A stretch of DNA of 64,000 nt, taken from positions 1 to 64,000 of the forward strand of contig CBDVDR010000016.1 of the NCBI GenBank assembly GCA_965372795.1. The letters run 5' to 3'. Position 1 is the stretch's first letter; each line of letters opens with the position of its first letter. The translations under genes and the position numbers were made by a program. Below the pieces are notes generated by a model. The model saw only the letters and a program-made list of their open reading frames with translations. It had not been told where the DNA came from and ran no database searches. Below, in pieces: positions 30,587 through 40,518 of this stretch. This stretch comes from an uncultured bacterium. Its GTDB lineage: Bacteria > Zixibacteria > MSB-5A5 > GN15 > FEB-12.

Positions 30587-30649
30587 TTGAAGTAGTTAGT
30601 AATTGTTTTTAAATAATTAAGGGCAGATATCACATCTGTCCTTTTTTTT
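30587..30649 (+). repeat. Direct repeat copy 2, including an intrinsic terminator
   Basis: TTGAAGTA...GTAATTGTTTT..AA..ATTA.GG.CAGA..TCACA.TCTGTCC-T tract, matches 28296-28362. Confidence 0.6.
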
Positions 30650-30710
30650 GGGACTTGACATGGACAATTCGGTAGGTTATAATTGTTATGAAATCGTGGG
30701 ATAATAACGT

Positions 30711-31331
30711 TTGTTAATATTGAAAGGTGAAAAAGTGGCAATTAATGATGCCGAGAGGCTTAATAGCAATAATTCTGCCTTATATTGCTATGGCACTGCA
30801 TATATCTTTGAACAAAGAGTTACGCCTCTTCGAATTGCTATCAAAATACTTCTATTCAGTAGCCTAGCTGGGCCTCTTGTTATAGGTGCTTTAGTCATAG
30901 CAGTTGGTACAAAAGGAACAATAATAAAATGGGCATTAATTGTTGCAGCAATTTTAAGCTTTATCCAGATTATAGTTTCTTTATGGTCACTAGTAGCACA
31001 GTGGCAAAACAAGCTTCCTTCTTACGAGAATAGCATTATTGAAAATCACCTACTTTCTAATGAATTCAAGGATTTAGCTAACAATAACATATTATCTGAT
31101 TCAGAATGGAGAACACGTTCTGATGTTTTAGAAGTGAAAGGGGAGTTTCAAAAGAGAAAGGATTTAACACAAAGTATTTCTGAAGAAGAAAAAAGAATGG
31201 GAATGCGATATGCCCTTCGGTTTTTTGGACGACAATGTGTAGGGTGTAGTGAAGTACCCATAACAATTGAAACATCGGATTGTCCAGTTTGTGGTCAATT
31301 CAAAACAAGGAAATTTAAATGGCTGATGTAA
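30711..31331 (+). CDS. Mobilome CxxCx(11)CxxC protein (SLATT-like 2-TM protein; start possibly GTG 30735)
   Basis: Two TM helices; EEKRMGMRYAL...CVGC-x11-CPVC C-terminus. Confidence 0.8.
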   Translation: MLILKGEKVAINDAERLNSNNSALYCYGTAYIFEQRVTPLRIAIKILLFSSLAGPLVIGALVIAVGTKGTIIKWALIVAAILSFIQIIVSLWSLVAQWQNKLPSYENSIIENHLLSNEFKDLANNNILSDSEWRTRSDVLEVKGEFQKRKDLTQSISEEEKRMGMRYALRFFGRQCVGCSEVPITIETSDCPVCGQFKTRKFKWLM

Positions 31332-31525
31332 ATCCAAAGATGTTAAAAGTAATGCAAGGTTTCGCTTCACTTGATTATGAAGAACGACCTGAACTGCTTA
31401 AATGGATAGTACAATATCAAGATAACATTGATGATCGAAGAGATATAATGGAATCTATAGCAAAAGCTGCTGGTGTTTCTTTAGGACCAATAGGGCAAGG
31501 TTCGTGTCCATGTTGTGGTAAGTAA
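31319..31525 (+). CDS. Small hypothetical protein ending in a CPCCG knuckle
   Basis: Overlaps the upstream stop, AAGGA RBS; SLGP...CPCCGK C-terminus. Confidence 0.7.
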   Translation: MADVNPKMLKVMQGFASLDYEERPELLKWIVQYQDNIDDRRDIMESIAKAAGVSLGPIGQGSCPCCGK

Positions 31526-31598
31526 TTTTTCTACTAATTATTTATCAAAAGTAATAATAAATAAATTATTGAGGTATCTTAGGAGCTTACTTTTCAAA

Positions 31599-32249
31599 AT
31601 GACAAAAATCAAGAGTGGTTTTCTTTATACAATCGTAAATTCGGGAATAAACTCACTAAAGTATATAAATTTAGTTGAACTATTCAAATTTGTTGTGATT
31701 CATCTCTTCTCAGATAAGAAAAATAATGATAAAAAAATAATGTGTTCTCAAATTGCTGTCGATTTATTCATAATATTTAAGTGGTTATTCATCCTCGTCC
31801 TATGGATTTATAATATATCCAATAATTGGTTGCTAATTATTGTTTGGTATTTATTGGTAACTAATCTCTATACCTATTTCTATTATCATACTTGGTCTAG
31901 TGAGGTTTTAGAAGATGCTTATATGGATACTGCAAGAGTTAAACGACGATTCTTTAATTCATTACTTGCACTTTTTTATTCAATTTACGGTTTTGCATAT
32001 TTGTATAATATCCCATACTCAAATGAATTTTCTTGGGGGTTAAATGGACATTCTGCTCAAAGTTCTTTATGGTATAGCATATCAAATTCCTTTACTGCAA
32101 GTTATGATGTTGTTAAATCTACAACAGACTTAGGCCACACCATTTCGATTATACAACTTGTGATGATGTTTATTTTTGTAACTATAATTATTGGAGGTTC
32201 TATACCTCAAATAAATCAAAAAAAAACGGAGAGTAATGATGGCTTATAA
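31599..32249 (+). CDS. Membrane protein with an ion-channel-like (Ion_trans_2) C-terminal pore region
   Basis: Four TM helices; SLWYSISNSFTASY...TM pattern mimics the K+ channel pore (TxGY degenerate). Confidence 0.6.
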   Translation: MTKIKSGFLYTIVNSGINSLKYINLVELFKFVVIHLFSDKKNNDKKIMCSQIAVDLFIIFKWLFILVLWIYNISNNWLLIIVWYLLVTNLYTYFYYHTWSSEVLEDAYMDTARVKRRFFNSLLALFYSIYGFAYLYNIPYSNEFSWGLNGHSAQSSLWYSISNSFTASYDVVKSTTDLGHTISIIQLVMMFIFVTIIIGGSIPQINQKKTESNDGL

Positions 32250-32736
32250 AAATAAAACTTATGTATGTTTTGATGCTGATACCGACATTCATTATTATTG
32301 GCTTATGACTGCTTGGAAAGAAAACGAAAAATTCGCATTTAATTTTGATAATGCTCATGAGATAAATAATTTGAGTGACAGCAGTTCTGAAGAAACTATA
32401 AAGACAAAACTAAGAGAACGACTCAAAAATACAAAAGTACTTATAGTATTAATCGGAAAAAACACAAAAAAACTCTATAAATATGTTCGTTGGGAAATTG
32501 AATATGCAATTGATAAAGATATTCCTATAGTTGCTGTAAACTTAAATAAAAAGAAAAAATTTGATCAACAACTTTGCCCACCAATATTATCGAAGAAACT
32601 AGCTGTTCATATATCATATGAACAAAAAATTATAGACTTTGCCTTAAATAACTGGCCAAGTAGTCACCAAACTTACAAGAAGAAAGGGAAAGTAGGATCA
32701 TTTTATTATGAAACAAGTGTTTATGATAACCTATAA
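32236..32736 (+). CDS. TIR domain protein (DUF1863/MTH538, ThsB-like)
   Basis: KTYVCFD, LRERL, LIVLIG, YVRWEIEYA (catalytic Glu), PIVAVNL. Confidence 0.85.
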   Translation: MMAYKNKTYVCFDADTDIHYYWLMTAWKENEKFAFNFDNAHEINNLSDSSSEETIKTKLRERLKNTKVLIVLIGKNTKKLYKYVRWEIEYAIDKDIPIVAVNLNKKKKFDQQLCPPILSKKLAVHISYEQKIIDFALNNWPSSHQTYKKKGKVGSFYYETSVYDNL

Positions 32737-32914
32737 ATAGCACTATCAAAAATAGTTAATCTTGGTTACTTCCAATATCCGGAAAAACTTTTAAACTTTC
32801 TACTCCCCCACTCTCCCCCTAAAATAAAAGCCAATTCTCGCCCTTGACTCGAGTCGAATATCTTCTTTTATTAGATGAAATTCAAAAAGTCAAAGTAACT
32901 GCAAAGGTTAGTTT

Positions 32915-34393
32915 ATGTCACAAACTTCCGCATCACCCCAATCGGGGGCATCATCCCAAATGGGAACTGAAAGTTTATTCAAACAAATGGCATCGCTTAG
33001 TTGGCCGTTCTGGATGGTCAATATTATGGAGATGTTCGAACGACTGGCGTATTATGGGGTTAGGGTTGTAATCCCGATCTACATCGCTCAGGCTGATGAA
33101 ATCAATGGTCTTCATTTTACCCAAGTCGATAAAGGGATCATCTTTTTCTGGTGGGCGATTTTTCAGTCGATCACCCCGATGTTTTCCGGCGGGTTTGCTG
33201 ACCGCTATGGTTTCAAAAAAACTATCGGAATCTCGATAGCTATTAAAGTGTTCGGGTATGTTTTAATGGCAACTCAAACCGAGTTTTGGCCATTTTTGAT
33301 CGGTTGCTGTATTTTAGCGCTGGGAACGGCAATATTCAAACCGGGGGTTCAGGGTACAATGGTGCAGACCATTACCAAAAAGAACTCATCGGTCGGATGG
33401 GGCACGTTTTATATGCTGGTAAATATCGGTGGGTTCCTTGGACCACCCCTGGCTCATTATCTTTATGGTATATCCTGGCCGGCAGTATTTTACGGTTGTG
33501 CCGCTATCGTATCGATCAATTTCCTGATGCTGTTTACTTATAAAGAAGTTCCGCCGGGCGGCGTTCAAAAAGGCGGCGCAATGGAAGTTCTTCGGCTAAC
33601 AGCCAAAAATTTGATGAACCCAAGATTAGCCATATTTATTCTGATCATGTCCGGGTTTTGGCTGATGTTTATGCAGTTGTTTGATATGCTTCCCAACTTC
33701 ATTGTCGACTGGGTTGACAGTTCACAACTGGTGGCTGATTTGAATCTGCCGGATTGGATGCTTCAAGCTAACTCAACCAGAGGTCCGCAACTTTCACAGG
33801 AATGGATGATTAATATTAACCCCGGGCTTATTATTTTTACGGTGGTGATGATTTCATGGATGGTCGCCAAGATGCGACGGGTGATGTCGATATTTTTTGG
33901 AATCGTAATCGCATCATTGGGGTTAATTTTTGCCGGCTTTACAACTTCCGGTTATCTCTGTCTGATGGGTGTTTTGGTATTCTCTGTCGGTGAGATGATG
34001 TCTTCACCCAAAATGAACGACTATCTCGGAGTGATTGCTCCCGAAGGTCAAAAAGGTTTGTACATGGGGTATGCCAATATTCCGCAAGGAATAGGCTGGG
34101 CGATTGGTTCGTTGTTTGCCGGTCATGTTTATGATACTATGGGCGATAAAGCTAATCTGGCTTTGAAATATCTGGCTGAAAACTATAGTATCACCGGAAT
34201 CGAACGATCGGAGGCGATGACAAAGCTTATGGAAGTATCCGGGATGGATGCAATTGAGGCAACAAAATTGCTTTGGAACGCGTATGACCCTTATAAGCTT
34301 TGGTATCAGTTTGCCGCAATCGGAATTGCCTCGGCGATTGGGATGCTGTTCTATGCTAAGTGGGTGAAAAAATATGAAGCACCCGATGTTTAA
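32915..34393 (+). CDS. MFS/POT family peptide transporter
   Basis: EMFERLAYYG (ExxERxxYY) motif, GGFADRYG, FYMLVNIG; next to an oligoendopeptidase. Confidence 0.85.
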   Translation: MSQTSASPQSGASSQMGTESLFKQMASLSWPFWMVNIMEMFERLAYYGVRVVIPIYIAQADEINGLHFTQVDKGIIFFWWAIFQSITPMFSGGFADRYGFKKTIGISIAIKVFGYVLMATQTEFWPFLIGCCILALGTAIFKPGVQGTMVQTITKKNSSVGWGTFYMLVNIGGFLGPPLAHYLYGISWPAVFYGCAAIVSINFLMLFTYKEVPPGGVQKGGAMEVLRLTAKNLMNPRLAIFILIMSGFWLMFMQLFDMLPNFIVDWVDSSQLVADLNLPDWMLQANSTRGPQLSQEWMININPGLIIFTVVMISWMVAKMRRVMSIFFGIVIASLGLIFAGFTTSGYLCLMGVLVFSVGEMMSSPKMNDYLGVIAPEGQKGLYMGYANIPQGIGWAIGSLFAGHVYDTMGDKANLALKYLAENYSITGIERSEAMTKLMEVSGMDAIEATKLLWNAYDPYKLWYQFAAIGIASAIGMLFYAKWVKKYEAPDV

Positions 34394-34432
34394 AGTGACA
34401 ATGTAATTATTTAAATTTTTGGAGAATAAAAA

Positions 34433-36256
34433 ATGACAACTGCAACAGAAACTAAAACTCCTGCTGCACCCAAATGGGATCTTGAATCTGTTTTCCCCGG
34501 TGGAAGCGGCTCAACCGAATTTAAAGAATATCGCGAGAAAGTTAAAGCTGAGGTAATTCACACAGCAGAACTTTTGAAAAATCTTCCTGAATCAATCGAT
34601 AATTCCTCAATTGATAAATGGACAGAATCGGTTGTCGCTCTTCAATCCAATATTGAAAATATCGAACTGATTTTAGCCTTTGCCGGATGTCTGACTTCAC
34701 AGAATGTTGATGATGCTGACGCTTTGGTAATTGAAGCCGAAGCTGATGAGCTTCATTCTGAATGGCAAAAACTTTTAACCGATCTTGAGGCTCGTTCATT
34801 AAAACAGACCGATGAACAATGGGCATCACTATTGGCAAGAGACGAACTCAAGGGCTTAACTTTTTATCTCAATAAAGTTCGTGAGATTGCAAAAAGTAAA
34901 ATGCCTTTGGAACTTGAGACCCTGGCATTGGACCTTGCTGTTAACGGATACCACGCCTGGAATCGTCTTTATGATAAAATGGCTGGAGATTTAAAAGTTG
35001 AGTTCGATGAAAACGGCGAATCCAAAACTTTATCACTGGGGCAGCTTTCCACAAAAATGTCTGATCCGAACCGTGATATCCGCAAACAGGCTTTTGAAAA
35101 AATGACTACTGCCTGGGAGAGCCGTGAAGAACTGGCTGCCATGACATTGAATTCTCTTGGTGGATTTCGTCTCAGTCTTTACAAAAACCGTAAATGGGAA
35201 TCCCCTCTTTATGAACCGCTGGTTATGTCACGCATGAAACAAGGGACTCTTGACACAATGTGGAATGTGATCGAACGAGAGACACCTCGTTTACAATCAT
35301 ACGTTGATGCCAAGAAAAAACTTTTGAACATTGATAAATACAGATGGTATGATGAGTTTGCTCCGGTCGGTAAAGCTGACAAGCTGTATTCATTTGAAGA
35401 AGCCGGTAAATTTATCATTGATAACATTCGTCCTTTCTCAGAAGACATGGCTGACTTTGTAAAAATGGCTTTGGATAAAAGATGGGTCGAGGCTGAGGAT
35501 CGTGCCGGTAAACGGGGCGGTGCTTTCTGTACCGGATTCGGACCTTTACGTCAGACCAGAGTATTCATGACTTACTCAGGGACTTATGAAAATCTATTGA
35601 CGCTTGCCCATGAATTAGGACATGCATATCATGGCTGGGTCTTAAAAGATTCTCCATACTTTGCGACTGAGTATCCGATGAACCTTGCCGAAACAGCTTC
35701 AATTTTTGCAGAAACTCTGGTAACAGATGCTGCCTTGAAACAGACAACTGATCCAAGAGAAAAGCTGATGTTGCTTGAACAAAAGATACAAGGCGCATAT
35801 GTCATGTTCACCGATATTTACAGCCGTTATCTTTTTGATCGTTCGTTCTATGCCAAACGCAAAGATGGTGTGGTTTCAGCCCAACAGTTACGGGAATTGA
35901 TGGTTGCCGCCCAAAAACAGGCTTATGGAAATCTGCTTGATGAGTCAGGCTTCCACCCTCTGTTCTGGTGTTCGAAATTACATTTCTATATTTCCGACGC
36001 ACCATTCTATAATTTCCCATACACTTTTGGATTCTTATTCTCAGGCGGGGTGTATGACCGTTCTCAAAAAGAAGGGGCATCATTCGCCGACAAATACCGA
36101 GCCTTGCTTGCTGACACCGGCAGAATGACCACTGAAGATGTAGCATCAAAACATCTCGGCGTAGATTTAACCAAAGACGAATTTTGGAAGGACGCTGTTA
36201 GTCGGTCTCTGGCTGATATTGATGAATTTGTTAAACTGGCCAATGAGCTTTCCTAA
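34433..36256 (+). CDS. pepF: M3 family oligoendopeptidase F
   Basis: WDLESVF, GKRGGAFC, TLAHELGHAYH, AETASIFAE, FYNFPY. Confidence 0.88.
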   Translation: MTTATETKTPAAPKWDLESVFPGGSGSTEFKEYREKVKAEVIHTAELLKNLPESIDNSSIDKWTESVVALQSNIENIELILAFAGCLTSQNVDDADALVIEAEADELHSEWQKLLTDLEARSLKQTDEQWASLLARDELKGLTFYLNKVREIAKSKMPLELETLALDLAVNGYHAWNRLYDKMAGDLKVEFDENGESKTLSLGQLSTKMSDPNRDIRKQAFEKMTTAWESREELAAMTLNSLGGFRLSLYKNRKWESPLYEPLVMSRMKQGTLDTMWNVIERETPRLQSYVDAKKKLLNIDKYRWYDEFAPVGKADKLYSFEEAGKFIIDNIRPFSEDMADFVKMALDKRWVEAEDRAGKRGGAFCTGFGPLRQTRVFMTYSGTYENLLTLAHELGHAYHGWVLKDSPYFATEYPMNLAETASIFAETLVTDAALKQTTDPREKLMLLEQKIQGAYVMFTDIYSRYLFDRSFYAKRKDGVVSAQQLRELMVAAQKQAYGNLLDESGFHPLFWCSKLHFYISDAPFYNFPYTFGFLFSGGVYDRSQKEGASFADKYRALLADTGRMTTEDVASKHLGVDLTKDEFWKDAVSRSLADIDEFVKLANELS

Positions 36257-36265
36257 GCTGATTAT

Positions 36266-37378
36266 ATGCCAAAAGAAACAAACAGACCTGAATCCGGTTT
36301 ATGGAAAGATTTCATAAACCGGAAATCTATTGATAGTCTTGCAGAACATCTCGGTCGGGTTTACAAAAAATTTGATCGAAATGAATTTGTCACAACTATC
36401 TTATCAGATGGATTTTTTCAATTAGAACTAAAAGATCGCATCACAACTATCGCCACAAAATTAAATGATTTTATGCCGAAAGATTATTCCAGAACTACAA
36501 AACTGTTAATCAAAATCGCTCCGGAACTTGATGCCCTTCATAATTGGATAATGACCGATTATGTTCGAATTCATGGGGTTAATTATTTTGAAGAATCAAT
36601 TAATGCTTTGAAAGAATTAACCAAATACGGCACCAGTGAATTTGCTATTAAAGTATTCATAAATCGCTATACCGATAAAATGATTCCCATTTTGAACGAG
36701 TGGGCGATTGATGACAATGAACATGTTCGCAGACTTGCCGCCGAAGGTTCCCGCCCCCGGGGAGTCTGGGTCGAGCATATTGATGAATTTAAAAAAGACC
36801 CTAAGCCGGTTTTGGATCTGCTTGAGAAATTAAAAGCTGATCCCTCGTTGTATGTTCGCAAAGCAGTGGCTAACAATCTAAATGATATTTCCAAGGAACA
36901 TCCGAAAACGGTAATTAGGATTTCTAAGAGGTGGAAAAAGGACAAAAACAAACTGACCGACTGGATTATCAAACATGGTTGTCGTTCGCTGATAAAACAG
37001 GGATATCCGGAAGTCTTCCCTCTTTTTGATTTCGCCTCTGACCCTAAAATTGAAATCTCTGATTTTGCGCTAAAGAAAACTAAAATAAAGTTGAATGATA
37101 AAATTGAAATTCCATTTAGTATAAGTTCATCATCAAACAGAACTCAAAAACTGGCGATTGATTATGCCATTCAATATATGAAAAAAAACGGCAAGCTCTC
37201 GCGAAAAGTTTTTAAATTGAGTGAAAAGAAACTCGAATCATCAAAACAGATCGACCTTAGATTACGTCATAGCTTTATAAATAATTCCACCCGTAAACAT
37301 AATAACGGGAAACATCAGATAGAACTTATGGTTTGCGGGAAATCTTTTGGGATCATTGATATTAGTTTAAGCGTATAA
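36266..37378 (+). CDS. DNA alkylation repair protein (AlkC-like HEAT-repeat glycosylase)
   Basis: ELKDR, TSEFAI, HVRRLAAEGSRPR, YVRKAVANNLNDISK. Confidence 0.85.
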   Translation: MPKETNRPESGLWKDFINRKSIDSLAEHLGRVYKKFDRNEFVTTILSDGFFQLELKDRITTIATKLNDFMPKDYSRTTKLLIKIAPELDALHNWIMTDYVRIHGVNYFEESINALKELTKYGTSEFAIKVFINRYTDKMIPILNEWAIDDNEHVRRLAAEGSRPRGVWVEHIDEFKKDPKPVLDLLEKLKADPSLYVRKAVANNLNDISKEHPKTVIRISKRWKKDKNKLTDWIIKHGCRSLIKQGYPEVFPLFDFASDPKIEISDFALKKTKIKLNDKIEIPFSISSSSNRTQKLAIDYAIQYMKKNGKLSRKVFKLSEKKLESSKQIDLRLRHSFINNSTRKHNNGKHQIELMVCGKSFGIIDISLSV

Positions 37379-37434
37379 CTTCTGGAACTCGAATATATTT
37401 ATTACTGTTGCATATATTAAAACAAGGATCAACT

Positions 37435-38460
37435 ATGAAAAAATTTGTATTCTTAATATTTGTACTTTCAATCTTATTGATAACTCAATCTCTGTTTGCT
37501 CAACGCACCGAGCCAGAGAAAACCGAAGTGCGCGGGCATACAATGTTCACGGTTTTGCAACCGGGAGAAATTCCGGCAATTTTTGAGCCGGAGTTTCTTA
37601 CTATTGCTGAAGCCGAACAAATGTTTTACCCCGATGAAAATCTTCTGGTAGTACGGGATGGTGACGTTGTCAAAGGGTACTCAACCTGGCATCTTGACAA
37701 TCATGAAATAGTAAACGATTATATAAACGGTAAAGCTATTACCGTAACATGGTGACCGCTTTGCTATACCGGCATAGTTTATGCCGCAACCCTTGATAAT
37801 AAACGATATACTTTTCAACCTTCCGGTTCACTCTGGCAGGATGCTTTGGTAATGCAGGATATGGAGACCGGCTCGCTCTGGGCGCAAGTATTAGGTGAAT
37901 CAATTATGGGCGATATGGAAAACAGTAAGCTGACTTTGTTTCCATCATCCCGGACCACGTTTGAAGAATTCAAAAGATTATATCCAAACGGTATTCTTCT
38001 AAAAAAGGATGGGCGGGGTTTACCAAATTCTCCTTATGAAAATTATTTCCGTGACCGGACCAAACTTGGAATCTTCGGGCGTGTTGATAATTTTCGCCGT
38101 CTTAAAGGCAAAGAGATGGTTGTTGGAGTTCGGTATAATGGAGTTCAGGTTGCAGTTACCAGAAAAGTATTAAGAAAAAAGGGGTTTTGTGTCATTAAAG
38201 AGCTCCATCCACCAGTTATTTTGACTTATAATGATAGCACCGAGTCAATATCAGCTTTCCGCTATAGCATTCCCGGTGCAAAACTGGAATTTGAATTAAA
38301 AGGAAATTTGATTCAATTAAAGAAGTCTGATAATAGTTGGAATCTTTTTACTGGAAAAATAGCTACGGGAAATGCCAAAGACCTTGAATTAGCACCGTTT
38401 ACGACATCTTATTGGTTTGCCTGGTCGAGTTTTTTCCCAGAGACAAAATTGATAAAATAG
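37435..38460 (+). CDS. DUF3179 domain (seleno)protein; in-frame UGA at 37753-37755 read as Sec (W-U-P-L-C)
   Basis: The two track ORFs are in one frame separated by a single TGA at the position of the first Cys of the CPLC motif; hairpin downstream. Confidence 0.85.
37770..37786 (+). promoter_or_regulatory. Candidate bacterial SECIS element
   Basis: CGGCATA-GTT-TATGCCG, 7-bp perfect stem, loop G 22 nt after the UGA. Confidence 0.65.
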
Positions 38461-38481
38461 CAAAGTTCTTAATAAAACTTC

Positions 38482-38509
38482 TTGCCTTTTTGATAAATTT
38501 ATTTATAAT
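38482..38509 (+). promoter_or_regulatory. Sigma70-like promoter for the tRNA pair
   Basis: TTGCCT-16 bp-TATAAT. Confidence 0.5.
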
Positions 38510-38583
38510 TAAAAGCCCGGTCTAAAAGCCGGGCTGTTTTAAAATGTCGCATGTAAGGCGTTGTCTTACAACAGTATTAAATA

Positions 38584-38657
38584 GGGCGATTAGCTCAGCT
38601 GGTTAGAGCACATGCCTTACACGCATGGGGTCATAAGTTCGAATCTTATATCGCCCA
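38584..38657 (+). tRNA. tRNA-Val(TAC)
   Basis: GGGCGAT/ATCGCCC acceptor stem, CATGC-CTTACAC-GCATG anticodon arm, GTTCGAATC T-loop. Confidence 0.95.
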
Positions 38658-38733
38658 TTTAAAACGGCGACGAGATCGAATGGCTGATTTTTGGAGAGAA
38701 AATTCGACATTTGTCGATACATATAAGATTAAC

Positions 38734-38807
38734 GGGGTTGTAGTTCAGTTGGTTAGAACGCCTGCCTGTCACGCAGGAGGCCGCGAGTTCGAGTCTCGTC
38801 AACCCCG
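38734..38807 (+). tRNA. tRNA-Asp(GTC); integration site, CCA not encoded
   Basis: GGGGTTG/CAACCCC acceptor stem, CCTGC-CTGTCAC-GCAGG anticodon arm, GTTCGAGTC T-loop. Confidence 0.95.
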
Positions 38808-40271
38808 CTTAATTTTCAAATTGCCCCCTTCAGCAAATATGTTGAAGGGTTTTCTGTATGTAACACAAAGACTTCCATCATCAATTGTACAGTTCGAAAG
38901 TAAGTATTTGAGCAAGTGTCTTCGATCATCGTTTGATTGATGTAAGTACAAGTCATATGCTTGTTTTGCAAGTTCGATAATCTGGCTACCCATTTCGAGG
39001 TATTCATGATTTGCATGACGATGTTTGGAAATCTGTATTTCAATTTGGCGAAGCTCAGTATTCCACTCATAGGATTTTCTTTTCCAGAAATCTTCATCAA
39101 TTAAACCATTCAACCTATCTTCATATGCTTTCTCCTGATAGCCTCTGATACGATCGTAACGATTTTGTAAGGATTTTATAGATTTTCTTTGAAACTCTTC
39201 CTTGTCTGAGTGACTTTCACGAAGAGCAGCTTTCAACCCCTCAGCAGCTTTTGAAGATAGTGATATTCGCTTTACTACTTCACCAAATAATTCACTGAGC
39301 CTATTTTCTTTTACTGAGTTTTTACATTTACCTTTAAACTGAGTACATCGATAATATATATACTTACCTTTTTTGATATCAGGTGTCATAGAGCATCCAC
39401 ATCTATCGCATTTGACAAGTCCTCTAAAAGCAAAGTTTCGTTTTGTCATTTTTGGAGTTTTCCCACCATTCAAAACTTGTTGTACAGCATTGTAGAGTTC
39501 AACTGATATGATTGCTTCATGGATTCCGTTTTCATATAAAACATTCTTGTACTCAAAATACTTACCTGTATAGATTTGATTTTTGAGAATTCGATGAATT
39601 CCTGCTTTGTTGATTTTCTTTCCGTTCACAGACCTCAAGCCTAAATTATATGCGAACTCTTCCAAAAACTTGAGAGAATAGCGTCCGGTAGCATACTCTT
39701 CAAAAAGTCTTGCCACAAAAGGAGCTTTTTGAGAGTCTACATAAATCAAATGGTCTTGTAAATTTCTCATATATCCAATTGGAGATTTTGATGGCCACTG
39801 ACCAAGAGAAGCTTTTTTATTCATACCTTTCTTCACTTCTTCGGACAAATTGTCTATATAATTCTTTGCCATGAGAACCTTGATGCCATGTACAAACTTC
39901 GAATGAGATGAACTTTCACTTGAGATAATCCCACCTTCTTTGACAAGATGAACTATAGTATCCAAATCTTCAAGATCAACAAAATCTCTGAAGTTGCGAT
40001 AGAGTCGATCAGTTTTTTCAACCAAAATTGTTCGAACAAATGGATTAGCTTTTATAAAGTCGATCATCTGACCATATTGAGTTCGACCTACTGATTTTGC
40101 TGTCTCCTCATCAGTATATTCGTGCACAACCTCAAAACTATTCGTTAGTGCATAATCTCGTAACAAGTCGAGTTGTGCATCTATAGAAAATCCTTCCTCA
40201 GCCTGCCGCTCAGAGGAAACTCGTGCGTAAATAACTGCTTTCTTTTCTATTTGTTTCTGATATTTTTTCAT
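38799..40271 (-). CDS. Large serine recombinase (resolvase, recombinase and Zn-ribbon domains)
   Basis: YARVSS catalytic motif, DRLYRN, PIGY, CDRCG...YYRC...C, coiled coil; stop codon lies inside tRNA-Asp. Confidence 0.95.
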   Translation of the reverse strand: MKKYQKQIEKKAVIYARVSSERQAEEGFSIDAQLDLLRDYALTNSFEVVHEYTDEETAKSVGRTQYGQMIDFIKANPFVRTILVEKTDRLYRNFRDFVDLEDLDTIVHLVKEGGIISSESSSHSKFVHGIKVLMAKNYIDNLSEEVKKGMNKKASLGQWPSKSPIGYMRNLQDHLIYVDSQKAPFVARLFEEYATGRYSLKFLEEFAYNLGLRSVNGKKINKAGIHRILKNQIYTGKYFEYKNVLYENGIHEAIISVELYNAVQQVLNGGKTPKMTKRNFAFRGLVKCDRCGCSMTPDIKKGKYIYYRCTQFKGKCKNSVKENRLSELFGEVVKRISLSSKAAEGLKAALRESHSDKEEFQRKSIKSLQNRYDRIRGYQEKAYEDRLNGLIDEDFWKRKSYEWNTELRQIEIQISKHRHANHEYLEMGSQIIELAKQAYDLYLHQSNDDRRHLLKYLLSNCTIDDGSLCVTYRKPFNIFAEGGNLKIKRG

Positions 40272-40302
40272 GGATCATATTACCGATATTATCCGCTATA
40301 TG

Positions 40303-40518
40303 TCAACGGATATTTTTTTTGGTTCCTTTCTCTTTTTTCTTCCATTCATGTAAAGTTGTAAAAAAACCAGCAACGTTTGTGTTAATTTCATCGGTGCAGT
40401 CAACAGATATGTATTCTCTTGATAAAATACTCCAATGAAATCGGCTTGATCTCAAGTTCTGCTTCAAAGTAGATATTGAACTATCACTCAACCTATCTTT
40501 TGTTTGCTTTCGAGTCAT
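40303..40518 (-). CDS. Small hypothetical protein directly upstream of the recombinase (candidate directionality factor)
   Basis: AAGGAG RBS, overlaps the end of the Rep-like gene; function inferred from position only. Confidence 0.5.
   Translation of the reverse strand: MTRKQTKDRLSDSSISTLKQNLRSSRFHWSILSREYISVDCTDEINTNVAGFFTTLHEWKKKEKGTKKNIR

Noticed and set aside
37408..38460. Two separate genes or a nonsense pseudogene
   Set aside because: A single in-frame TGA at a conserved Cys position with a SECIS-like hairpin fits Sec recoding better.
38680..38940. 86-aa ORF on the + strand
   Set aside because: It overlaps tRNA-Asp and the antisense of the recombinase; spurious.
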